DNA from: an uncultured Actinomycetota bacterium
GTDB lineage: Bacteria; Actinomycetota; Actinomycetes; CAWDCV01
Assembly: GCA_963728125.1 (NCBI GenBank)
Contig: CAVSIZ010000001.1
Location: forward strand, 286,020 to 350,019
Reading direction: 5' to 3'
Length of the DNA stretch: 64,000 bases
The number at the start of each line of letters is the position of its first letter. Within the stretch, counting starts at the first letter, position 1. This document shows, in pieces, positions 46,552 to 54,991 of this stretch. Below the pieces are notes generated by a model. The model had not been told where the DNA came from and did not search any database. It saw nothing but the letters and a program-made list of their open reading frames with translations. A program made the position numbers and the translations under genes.

Positions 46552-47854
46552 CGTCGTGCTCGCTGGACGGGGGAAGACGCACCTGCTCCACGCCGCGTGA
46601 GTCGAGGTCGAACAGCTGGCGAAGCACCTGCGCGTACGTGTCGCCACCGGGAGCAGTGGCGAGCTCCTTCATCCGTACGGTCGGCGCATGAAGCAGCTTG
46701 TCGACGACGCGGCGCACAGTTTGGGCAACCTCTTCGCGGCTGCTCGCGTCGAGATCGGGAAGCCGTCCGGTGAGCCGGGTGAGCTCGGCGTCGACAACGT
46801 CGGCAGCCCGGCTGCGTAACGCAACCACCGTCGGCGTGACCCCCGCGGCCTGCGACCAGCCGGCGAACGCCGTCGTCTCGGCCGTGACGATCGCGCGCAC
46901 CGCAACGAGATCATCGCCATGCTGCGCGGGCGCGAGCACCTCAGCCAGCCGAGCCAGATCGATAACGACGACGCCTGGCACCTGCCCTACACCGGGGTCG
47001 ACGTCGTGGGGTAGAGCGAGATCGAGCACCACGAGCGGCCGATCGGACCGGCGGGCCTGCGCGCGGGCGACCAGGTCGGCGGTGATCACGGTGCCGACGG
47101 CGCCCGTGCACGACACGACGATGTCGACGCCCGCCATGGCGTCGAGGAGGCCGTCGAGCGCGACCGCCGAGCCGTCGACCGAGGCGGCGAGCTGTTCAGC
47201 GCGGACATAGGTCCGGTTGGCGACGACGATCTCCCGCACGCCGTACCGGCCGAGAGTCGCAGCGCTCAGGGCGCTCATGCTGCCCGCGCCCACGACGAGC
47301 GCGCTGCGGCCGGCCAGCCCGTCGAGCGCCGGCGCGGCGAGATCGAGAGCGACACCTACGAGAGAGGCGCCAACGCGGTCGATGCCCGTCTCCGTGTGCG
47401 CGCGCTTGCCCACCCGCAGCGCCTGCTGGAAGAGCTCGTGGAGCACCCGCCCGGTAGTGCCGCCGTCCTGAGCGGCGCGCAGGGCCGTACGGAGCTGGCC
47501 GAGGATCTGCGGCTCCCCGACGACCATGGAGTCCAGGCCGCAGGCGACGGAGAACAGGTGGTGGACGGCGCGGTTCTCGTAGTGGACGTAGAGGTGCGCA
47601 GTCAGCTCGTCGACGGCGACGCCGGTGTGCCGCGCCAGCAGCTCCGTGGCATCGAAGAGCGCGGCGTGGAAGCGCTCCACGCCCAGGTAGAGCTCGACCC
47701 GGTTGCAGGTGGCGAGCGCGACGACCTCGTCGATGTGCGGCGAGCCCGCGACATCGAGGGTCAGCTTGGCGACGCCATCCGCGTCGAGTGCCACGCGCTC
47801 GAGCAGGGCGACGGGAGCGGTGCGGTGGCTGATGCCGACGACCAGGATGCTCAT
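46544..47854 (-). CDS. hemA: Glutamyl-tRNA reductase
   Basis: TCNRVE, GLDSMVVGEPQILGQ, GAGSM, DLALPHD, KLLHAP. Confidence 0.96.
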   Translation of the reverse strand: MSILVVGISHRTAPVALLERVALDADGVAKLTLDVAGSPHIDEVVALATCNRVELYLGVERFHAALFDATELLARHTGVAVDELTAHLYVHYENRAVHHLFSVACGLDSMVVGEPQILGQLRTALRAAQDGGTTGRVLHELFQQALRVGKRAHTETGIDRVGASLVGVALDLAAPALDGLAGRSALVVGAGSMSALSAATLGRYGVREIVVANRTYVRAEQLAASVDGSAVALDGLLDAMAGVDIVVSCTGAVGTVITADLVARAQARRSDRPLVVLDLALPHDVDPGVGQVPGVVVIDLARLAEVLAPAQHGDDLVAVRAIVTAETTAFAGWSQAAGVTPTVVALRSRAADVVDAELTRLTGRLPDLDASSREEVAQTVRRVVDKLLHAPTVRMKELATAPGGDTYAQVLRQLFDLDSRGVEQVRLPPSSEHDGD

Positions 47855-48576
47855 CGGCTGCCTGCTCGAGCCAGCGGCGTCCGGCCGTTCTGCTGGGGCA
47901 GCGCCGTGACGGCAGCGACATCGACCTTGCGCTGCTCGTGGAAGGCGAGGATCTGCAGCTCGATCGCCAGATCGACCTTGCGTACGTCGACCTCCTCGGG
48001 GACGACGAGCACGAGCGGGGCGAAGTTGAGGATGCTGCCCACTCCTGCAGCAACCAGCCGGTCGCACACCTCTTGGGCCGCCGTCGCCGGGGTGGCGATC
48101 ACGCCGATCGCTGGCCCGAGCCCGCAAACCAGCCGCTCGAGCTCCGACACGTGGCGGACGGCGAGACCAGCGACGACCTCGCCGACGCGAGCCGGGTCGG
48201 CGTCGAGCAGGGCGGCGATGTGGAAGCCGCGCGACGCGAACCCGCCGTAGTTGGCGAGCGCGTGGCCGAGGTTGCCGATGCCGACGATGACGACCGGCCA
48301 ATCCTGGGTGAGGCCGAGCTCGCGGGCGATCTGGTACACGAGGTAGTCGACGTCGTAGCCGACGCCGCGGGTGCCGTACGAACCGAGGTAAGACAAGTCC
48401 TTACGCAGCTTCGCCGAACCGACGCCCGCGGCGGCCGCCAGGTCCTCAGAGGAGACGGTGGGGATGCCGTGGTCCTGCAGTGCGGACAACGCCCGCAGGT
48501 AGATGGGCAGCCGCGCCACCGTGGCCTCGGGGATGCCCCGCGGCCGCGAGGAGGTACGCGCTGGCTCTGCGGCCAT
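47851..48576 (-). CDS. rex: Redox-sensing transcriptional repressor Rex
   Basis: IPEATVARLPIY, LRKDLSYLGSYGTRGVGY, GIGNLG, ILNFAP. Confidence 0.96.
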   Translation of the reverse strand: MAAEPARTSSRPRGIPEATVARLPIYLRALSALQDHGIPTVSSEDLAAAAGVGSAKLRKDLSYLGSYGTRGVGYDVDYLVYQIARELGLTQDWPVVIVGIGNLGHALANYGGFASRGFHIAALLDADPARVGEVVAGLAVRHVSELERLVCGLGPAIGVIATPATAAQEVCDRLVAAGVGSILNFAPLVLVVPEEVDVRKVDLAIELQILAFHEQRKVDVAAVTALPQQNGRTPLARAGSR

Positions 48577-48631
48577 GGTTGCTCGACGATCCTCCCCGAC
48601 GTACGCCCCGGGCTCGAACGAGGCTAGTTCC

Positions 48632-48649
48632 TTGTGAACGGATGCACAA
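48632..48649. promoter_or_regulatory. Rex operator (ROP) upstream of rex-hemACDB
   Basis: TTGTGAA-CGGA-TGCACAA, one mismatch to the ROP consensus. Confidence 0.85.
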
Positions 48650-48727
48650 AAGCGCAACGGGTTCCGCTGTACCTACGCTGTCGAACGGCTCCCGGTTCTG
48701 CCTCACCCCCGGGAGACGATCCGAACC

Positions 48728-48970
48728 TCACGCAGTCAGCGCGGCGCGAAGGCGCTCTTCGGAGACGTACCAGAAATCGTGCTGCTGCCCGTCGATCAGG
48801 GTCACGGGGATCTGCTCCCAATAACGCGCGTTCAGCTCCTCGTCCCGAGTGATGTCGACCTCGTGCCAGGGCACGCCGAGCTCATCGGTGACGCGCACGA
48901 CGACGGCGCGCGCTGCATCGCAGAGATGACAGCCCGGCTTGGCCAGCAGAGTGACCACGTGCTCCGCCAT
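48728..48970 (-). CDS. Glutaredoxin-like (DUF836) protein
   Basis: KPGCHLC, EQIPVTLIDG; 80 aa. Confidence 0.9.
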   Translation of the reverse strand: MAEHVVTLLAKPGCHLCDAARAVVVRVTDELGVPWHEVDITRDEELNARYWEQIPVTLIDGQQHDFWYVSEERLRAALTA

Positions 48971-48993
48971 GCCGGTCAGCGTAGGTTGGCGGA

Positions 48994-49866
48994 GTGCGCG
49001 GACGCGTGAAGAGCCGGCGCCGCGCTGATCCACATGCCGTCGACGCAGGTGAGGCAGCCGCGAAGGCAGCGGCCGAGGCCGCGCGTCGCGCACATGCTGC
49101 CGATCCGACCGCCGCCGCGTTCTTCGACGTCGACAACACGATGCTGCGTGGCTCGTCGCTCTATTACTTGGCTCGCGGGTTCGTCAAGCGCGGATTCGTC
49201 GATGGCCGCGAGATCGCCCGATTCGCCAGGGACCAGCTCAAGTTTCGGTTCATCGGCGCCGAGGACGTCGGCCTGATTACCTCCGCCAAGGACGCAGCGC
49301 TCGCTCTCGCCGCAGGTCAACCCGTCGCTGCGCTGGCTCGCGTCGGCGAGGAGGTCTTCGACTCGGTCATGATCCAGCGGATCTATCCCGGCACCCGCGC
49401 GCTCGCGCAGCGCCATCTCGACGCCGGGCAGCGCGTGTGGCTGGTCACCGCGACCCCGGTCGAGATCGCCGATCTCATCGCCCGCCGGCTCGGGCTGACC
49501 GGTGCGCTCGGCACCGTGTCCGAGATCGAGGACGGCTGCTACACCGGCCGGCTGGTCGGGGAGACCCTGCACGGTCCGGCCAAGGCGGAAGGGGTACGCG
49601 CGCTCGCCGAGCGCGAGGGTCTCGACCTGCGTCGCTGCGCGGCGTACTCCGACTCCGCGAACGACATTCCGATGCTGTCGCTCGTGGGGTCACCGCACGC
49701 CATCAACCCCGATGCGCGGCTGCGGCGGTATGCCCGCGCGAACGGATGGCCGGTGCGCGACTTCCGCACCGGCCGGACGGCCGTACGCCGCGGGTTCTCG
49801 ACCGTGGCCGCCGGAGGAGCAATCGTCGCCGCCGGCGTCGCGCTCAGGAGAAGGTCGATTCGGTAG
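48994..49866 (+). CDS. HAD-IB family hydrolase
   Basis: FFDVDNT, LVTATP, K, AYSDSAND. Confidence 0.92.
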   Translation: MRGRVKSRRRADPHAVDAGEAAAKAAAEAARRAHAADPTAAAFFDVDNTMLRGSSLYYLARGFVKRGFVDGREIARFARDQLKFRFIGAEDVGLITSAKDAALALAAGQPVAALARVGEEVFDSVMIQRIYPGTRALAQRHLDAGQRVWLVTATPVEIADLIARRLGLTGALGTVSEIEDGCYTGRLVGETLHGPAKAEGVRALAEREGLDLRRCAAYSDSANDIPMLSLVGSPHAINPDARLRRYARANGWPVRDFRTGRTAVRRGFSTVAAGGAIVAAGVALRRRSIR

Positions 49867-50005
49867 TCGCGCTCGCCGCGAGGGGAGCACACTTTGAATC
49901 GAGTTGTTCCAAGTCTCGCCAAACCGAGGAGTGCCGGCCTCCGAACACTAGAGGCTTCAGCACTCCACTCCCGGGAGGTCGTGTGCTCGCGCCGGAGGTC
50001 GGCTC

Positions 50006-50578
50006 GTGACTGCACCGGACCCCTACGCCGACCTCACCCTCGAGGAACTGGTCGCGCGCGCTCGAGCCGGTGACGGCGGCGCCTTCGCCCGGTTGCACGA
50101 CCGCTACGTGGACGACGTCTTCCGCTACGTCTACCTTCGCGTCGGCGGAGCCGATCTGGCCGAGGACCTCACCGCCGCCGCCATGCTGCGCGCGCACGCG
50201 CGAATTCCCTCGTTCCGCTGGCCTGCCCCCGAGATCGGCGCCTGGCTGGTGCTCGCGGCCCGGACTCTGATCGAGGAGCAGTACGGCGTCGGGCGCTATC
50301 GCCTGGAGGTCAACGAGCTCGCGGGCCTCGACCCCGCATCGCTCGACAGCCTGCGCCGGCTGTCATCCGATCAGCAGGAATGCGTGTCCCTGCGGTTCCT
50401 GCAGGGCTTCTCCGTTGCCGCGACCGCACGGATCCTCGAGGTCAAGCCAGCGGCGGTTGCCGTGCTGCAGTGGCAGGCGCTGCGCTCGCTGGTGCCGGAC
50501 GTCGGCCTGGAATTGTTCGAGACGACACCGGACGAGCGCCCACGGCCATCCGCGCACTCGCAGGAGTCGGCCGCATGA
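50006..50578 (+). CDS. ECF sigma factor, BldN-like (divergent)
   Basis: Sigma2 AFARLHDRY...AEDLT...GAWL; sigma4 QQECVSLRFLQGFSV; bldN-type position. Confidence 0.8.
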   Translation: MTAPDPYADLTLEELVARARAGDGGAFARLHDRYVDDVFRYVYLRVGGADLAEDLTAAAMLRAHARIPSFRWPAPEIGAWLVLAARTLIEEQYGVGRYRLEVNELAGLDPASLDSLRRLSSDQQECVSLRFLQGFSVAATARILEVKPAAVAVLQWQALRSLVPDVGLELFETTPDERPRPSAHSQESAA

Positions 50579-51432
50579 GCAGCGGCGGACCTGCCTGGCG
50601 CAAGCTCGGCCGCAGCTGGCGGTCCGCGCTGCCCCGGCAGGTGCCGCCTCCCGCTCGCCGGCTCGCGGCCACCCTGGACGATCCAGCGACGGCGCGACCA
50701 CAACCGGGCTCCGACGAAGCCGTCCTCGCCGAAGCAGCCGGCCGGCTGCCCTTCGTCGCCGTCCGAGCCACACCGGAGTTCCGTACGGCGCTGCACGATC
50801 GCCTGCTCGAGGAACCGAGCCCCGTTCCCGCACGTACGCCGCTGCCCGTTGCCCCGCCTGACGAACCGCCAGTCGATCCTCCGCAGCCACGTGCCCGGCG
50901 CGAGATCCGTCCGGGGGTGCGCATCGCCGTCATCGCCGCCGTGGTCGGGCTGGCGCTGCTGGGCGGTGCTACGGCCGCCGTGGCGGCGAGCGGGGACGCA
51001 CTTCCCGGCTCGCCGCTGTACGCCGCCAAGCGCAGTGTCGAGCAGGTGCAGCTGGCCTTCACCTTTGAGAAGGTCGCGCGCGGTGAGCGGCTGCTCGAAC
51101 TCGCCGATCTGAGGGTCGACGAGGCCGAGGAGCTGCTGGCTCGGGACGGGTCAGCCGCGCTGTCGTCGGGTGATATCGAAGCCGTCAACGAGGCGCTGTC
51201 CGGTGCGCACCGCAGGGTGGTGGAGGCCGACGACGTGCTGCTCACTGCGTACCGACTGTCCGGCGATGCCCAACCCGCGCAATCCCTCGGCGAGGCCGCG
51301 CAGGAGCTGCACGATCGGCTGGTCGCGCTACCCCCGGCGGCGGCCGAACTCGAGGCGAACTCGGCAGCCCTGGTCGCGACGCTCGAGCAGGTGCTGCTGC
51401 GTACCAGCTCGGTCTCGGCGAACTCGCGCTGA
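50575..51432 (+). CDS. RsbN-like membrane anti-sigma factor (DUF5667 domain)
   Basis: PEFRTALHDRL, TM helix, ALPGSPLYAAKRSVE...ADLRVDE; ATGA overlap with the sigma gene. Confidence 0.8.
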   Translation: MSSGGPAWRKLGRSWRSALPRQVPPPARRLAATLDDPATARPQPGSDEAVLAEAAGRLPFVAVRATPEFRTALHDRLLEEPSPVPARTPLPVAPPDEPPVDPPQPRARREIRPGVRIAVIAAVVGLALLGGATAAVAASGDALPGSPLYAAKRSVEQVQLAFTFEKVARGERLLELADLRVDEAEELLARDGSAALSSGDIEAVNEALSGAHRRVVEADDVLLTAYRLSGDAQPAQSLGEAAQELHDRLVALPPAAAELEANSAALVATLEQVLLRTSSVSANSR

Positions 51433-51438
51433 GGAGCG

Positions 51439-52383
51439 CTAGAAGAACACGGAACGCCGTTGCATCAGCAGCCGGTACAGCGTCTGCTGGATGGTCTCGC
51501 GTACCTGGTCGGTGAGGTTGAACACGAGCATCGGGTCGTCAGCGGCGGCACTACCCAGGTCAGCGGTGGGGATCGGTTCGCCGAACTCGATCAGCCACTT
51601 CGACGGAAGCGGGACCAGGCCCAGCGGACCCAGCCACGGGAACGTTGGAGTGACCGGGAAGTACGGCAGGCCAATGAGCCGCGCGACTGTCCGGAGATTC
51701 CCGAGCATCGGGTAGATCTCCTCGGCACCGACGATCGAGCACGGCACGATGGGCACGCCGGCCCGGATCGCTGCCGACACGAAGCCACCGCGTCCGAACC
51801 GCTGCAGCCGGTACCGCTCGGAGAACGACTTGCCGATTCCCTTGTAGCCCTCGGGCCATACGCCGACCAGCTCGCCGTTGGCGAGCAGCCGCTCGACGTC
51901 GGGCGTGGACGCGAGCGTCGACCCGCTCTTGCGGGCGATCTCACCGACGAACGGAGTGCGAAACACCAGGTGGGCGCCCAGCATCCGCAGGTGTCGCCGG
52001 GCCGGGTGTTGGTCGAGGATCGCCAGCTGGGTCATGAGCGAGTCGAGTGCGATCGCGCCGGAATGGTTTGCGACGATCAGCGCTGGACCGTGCGCCGGGA
52101 CGTGGTCGAGCCCGCTTACCTCGACGCGGAACCACCGCTGGAACAGCGGTCGCAGCGGCGCCATCAGGACGGCGTCGTTGAGCTCCGCATCGAAGCCGAA
52201 CTCGTCGACCTCGTAGTCACCGGTCAGGCGGCGACGCAGGAAGTCCAGCGCGGCCGTGATGCGCTGCTCCCAATCGGTGGCCGGCTCCGGCTGGGGCGGA
52301 TCTGGCTCGGGTACGTCGCGTGGCTGCGCCGTACGCCGACGGCGGTCGCCACCGTCGATGGGGATGACGCGGGCATCAGGCAT
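51439..52383 (-). CDS. Lysophospholipid acyltransferase family protein
   Basis: VANHSG, WPEG, FGRGGF, PLPSKW. Confidence 0.92.
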   Translation of the reverse strand: MPDARVIPIDGGDRRRRTAQPRDVPEPDPPQPEPATDWEQRITAALDFLRRRLTGDYEVDEFGFDAELNDAVLMAPLRPLFQRWFRVEVSGLDHVPAHGPALIVANHSGAIALDSLMTQLAILDQHPARRHLRMLGAHLVFRTPFVGEIARKSGSTLASTPDVERLLANGELVGVWPEGYKGIGKSFSERYRLQRFGRGGFVSAAIRAGVPIVPCSIVGAEEIYPMLGNLRTVARLIGLPYFPVTPTFPWLGPLGLVPLPSKWLIEFGEPIPTADLGSAAADDPMLVFNLTDQVRETIQQTLYRLLMQRRSVFF

Positions 52384-53416
52384 GTCCGCCTCCTCGCGCC
52401 GCCGCAACCACGCCCTGCACGGCGGTCTCGAGTGCGGCCACCCGATCGCGCGTGATCGGCCCGCCCACCTGATGTGTCGCAGCGAAGTCCTTGAACGTGC
52501 CCGTCGTGCTCCAGGCGGGCGCCCAGCCGAAGGTCTCGCGCAGCCGGGTGGTGTCGACGGCGCGGCCGAAGGTGAACAACTGCAGCTGCTCCACCGACAG
52601 ATCGATCACACCGGCCTGACGAAGGATCACAGCCATCATCCCGAGCCCTCGCGCGGGCACGGGCAGCGTGGTCGTGCCCAGTCGACGGGCGGCCTGGCTC
52701 AACAGCAGGACGCCGTCGCCAGCGACGTTGAACGTGCCGACGTGGTGGTGGACGATGCTCCGACGCAATGCCTCCAGCGCATCCTCCTCATGCAGAAACT
52801 GCAGCCGCGGATCGAAGCCGAGCACGCTCGGCAGCACCGGCAAGGAGAAGTACGCGGCCAACTCGCTGTCCGCGCTCAGGATGTTCGCCATCCGCAGCGT
52901 TGTCACTCCCACGTCTGGTCGCCGTCGAGCGAAGCCGCGGACGTACCCTTCGACCTCGACGGCGTCCTTGGCGTAACCGGATCGCGGCGTCTCCTGCGGC
53001 TCGAGATCCTCGGTGAAGAGGGCTGGATCGCGCGGCGAGCAGCCGTAGACGGACGTCGACGACTTGACGATAAGGCGGCGTACCGACGGAGCCTTCTGGC
53101 AGGCGGCAAGCAGCTGCATCGTCCCGATGACGTTGATTTCCTTCATCGCCGCGCGCCGCGCGCCTGGGCGCGACGAAGTAGCGACGCTCAGGTGGATGAC
53201 GGTGTCGACATCGGCGGCGGCGATGACCTTGCCGATGACCGGATTCCGGATGTCCGCGCGCACGAACTCGATGCGACCCGATGGATCGGAGTGCTCAGCA
53301 GGAGGAACGACGTCGACACCGATGACACGCTCGATGTCAGGCGCTGATTGCAACAGGGCCACCAGGCGCCGACCCAACGGAAGGGCGACGCCGGTGACGA
53401 GAACGACGTGCCCCAC
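52376..53416 (-). CDS. NAD-dependent epimerase/dehydratase family protein
   Basis: VLVTGV, KEINVIGTMQLLAAC, GFDPRLQFLHE. Confidence 0.9.
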   Translation of the reverse strand: MGHVVLVTGVALPLGRRLVALLQSAPDIERVIGVDVVPPAEHSDPSGRIEFVRADIRNPVIGKVIAAADVDTVIHLSVATSSRPGARRAAMKEINVIGTMQLLAACQKAPSVRRLIVKSSTSVYGCSPRDPALFTEDLEPQETPRSGYAKDAVEVEGYVRGFARRRPDVGVTTLRMANILSADSELAAYFSLPVLPSVLGFDPRLQFLHEEDALEALRRSIVHHHVGTFNVAGDGVLLLSQAARRLGTTTLPVPARGLGMMAVILRQAGVIDLSVEQLQLFTFGRAVDTTRLRETFGWAPAWSTTGTFKDFAATHQVGGPITRDRVAALETAVQGVVAAARGGGHA

Positions 53417-53422
53417 CCGCGG

Positions 53423-53521
53423 CTACTTCTTGTTGCGGCGCTGCACCCGGGTGCGCTTCAGCAGCTTGCGATGCTTCTTCTTCGCCATGCGCTTGCGGCG
53501 CTTCTTGATGACAGAGCCCAC
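53423..53521 (-). CDS. 30S ribosomal protein bS22 (AURKAIP1/COX24 family, 32 aa, not in ORF track)
   Basis: [32 protein letters not shown]. Confidence 0.95.
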   Translation of the reverse strand: MGSVIKKRRKRMAKKKHRKLLKRTRVQRRNKK

Positions 53522-53611
53522 GGGAACCTTCGCTCGTCGATTCGATTCATACGGCGCAGGCTCGGCGAGCGCGCGCCCGGTCAGCGTACCCGGGCCGCGC
53601 AGCGGACGCGG

Positions 53612-53818
53612 TCAGCCAGCCTCGACGTACGAATCGCGCAGGTAGTCGTGCACGGCCTGCTCGGGGACGCGGAACGAGCGCCCGACGCGATTGGCCGGCA
53701 GCTCACCGGAGTGAATGAGGCGGTAGACGGTCATCTTGGACACGCGCATGACCGACGCGACTTCGGCCACGGTCAGGAACCGAACCTCAGACAGTGGCCG
53801 GTTAAGGGATTGCGCCAT
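53612..53818 (-). CDS. Excisionase-like HTH DNA-binding protein (BdtA/Rv0500A family)
   Basis: FLTVAEVASVMRVSKMTVYRLIHSGELPANRVGRSFRV; 68 aa. Confidence 0.92.
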   Translation of the reverse strand: MAQSLNRPLSEVRFLTVAEVASVMRVSKMTVYRLIHSGELPANRVGRSFRVPEQAVHDYLRDSYVEAG

Positions 53819-53834
53819 AGCGAACCGAGCCTTT

Positions 53835-53885
53835 CGCACGGAACGCGTATCGGCTTCCCCTCCGATGACGTGAAACGTTCGTGCG
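53835..53885 (-). promoter_or_regulatory. Structured 5' leader of the bdtA-like gene
   Basis: Long interrupted hairpin with AGGGGAAG loop; -10 TAGCAT at 53896-53901. Confidence 0.55.
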
Positions 53886-53976
53886 CTTGAACGAGATGCT
53901 AGTGGCGAGTGTGGCTGTTGGGAAAGTGGTGGCGAATGTTCCCTGTCGATCTTGCGGCGTTGCCGTGGCCCCGGCA

Positions 53977-54145
53977 GTCGTGTAGATCGTCGTGAAAATC
54001 TCGCCGTCTGAGCGCCTGCAGACGTTGCACGACGATCTACACGGCCACGATCGGGCTGCACGACGATCTACACGGCCGCGCCCTGGTTGCACGACGATCT
54101 ACACGGCCGCGCCCGGGTTGCACGACGATCTACACGACCACGAGG
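53977..54145. repeat. Four tandem 31-bp units plus one inverted copy
   Basis: Core TGCACGACGATCTACACG(G/A)CC at 54026, 54057, 54088 and 54119; inverted core at 53977-53994. Confidence 0.92.
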
Positions 54146-54148
54146 CAT

Positions 54149-54991
54149 TCAGCGTGCCGACGACGCCAACCCCGCGCGTTGCAGGACGTAGGCCGTGAGC
54201 GGCGCGTACAGGTGCGGCGCGACGTTGTCGTCCAGCGGCACGCTCACCAGCACCTTGCCCTCCGCCTCGCCCACGAACAGCGCCGGATCGTTGCAGTCGG
54301 CGTACCCGATCGCGTCGATTCCCGCCTCGCCGGCAGCGCCGGCCCAGCCGTGGTCGGCGACCACGAGGTCGGGCGGCGGCTGACCGTCCTCAGCCAGCGC
54401 GGCGAGGATCATCTGCATCGGGACCGGCGAGTGGGTGTGCCGTAACTCGGCGCCGGAGTGGAGCATGGCGACGCCGTTGACATAGCGCAGGTCCCGCACC
54501 TCGGTCCCCCACGACCGCCACTCCTCGACGGTCGCGCCGGCCGCCGGCGTCAGCAGCGTGCAGCCCGCCGCCGCCAGTGCGCGCGCTACTTCGGCGTGGA
54601 TGGCGAGCACGCCTCCTGGGTGCCCGGTGGCCACGACGACGCGCTCACCGCGTTCGGCGGCCACCGCGAGCCGGTCGGCGAACCGCTCCAGCGCATCGAT
54701 GGTCAAGTCGGGATCAATGGTGTCCGGGCCGTCGATGTGGCGAGGATCGGGATCGATGCCGCAGCGCGCCACCATCAGCTCGAAGATGTCGGTCGCGTTC
54801 CAACGGCCGTCGAAGCTCAGGCCGAACATGAAGCCGGGGTTCCGCTCACTCAGGAAGCGAAAGTTGCGCAGGTTGTTGTCGCGCGGGGTGTCCACGGCGC
54901 CGGCGATCCGTGCCGCCACGAGATGCTCGCGCAGCTGAGCGCGATCCGGCACCGCATCCTCGAACAACTCAGCCGGCGCAGTTTCGGTCAC
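54149..54991 (-). CDS. Actinobacterial 'phosphatase' family hypothetical protein
   Basis: IAGAVDTPRDNNL, ATGHPGG, HTHSP, DLVVADHGWAG, ADCNDP, PLDDNV; GTG overlaps the acuC stop. Confidence 0.8.
   Translation of the reverse strand: MTETAPAELFEDAVPDRAQLREHLVAARIAGAVDTPRDNNLRNFRFLSERNPGFMFGLSFDGRWNATDIFELMVARCGIDPDPRHIDGPDTIDPDLTIDALERFADRLAVAAERGERVVVATGHPGGVLAIHAEVARALAAAGCTLLTPAAGATVEEWRSWGTEVRDLRYVNGVAMLHSGAELRHTHSPVPMQMILAALAEDGQPPPDLVVADHGWAGAAGEAGIDAIGYADCNDPALFVGEAEGKVLVSVPLDDNVAPHLYAPLTAYVLQRAGLASSAR

Noticed and set aside
53612-53818. Prophage excisionase marking a mobile element
   Set aside because: Matches the chromosomal Rv0500A/BdtA family in its usual proC-bS22 context; no integrase or att site seen
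54026-54145. CRISPR array
   Set aside because: Linkers are only 10 bp and two are nearly identical; no cas genes in the window
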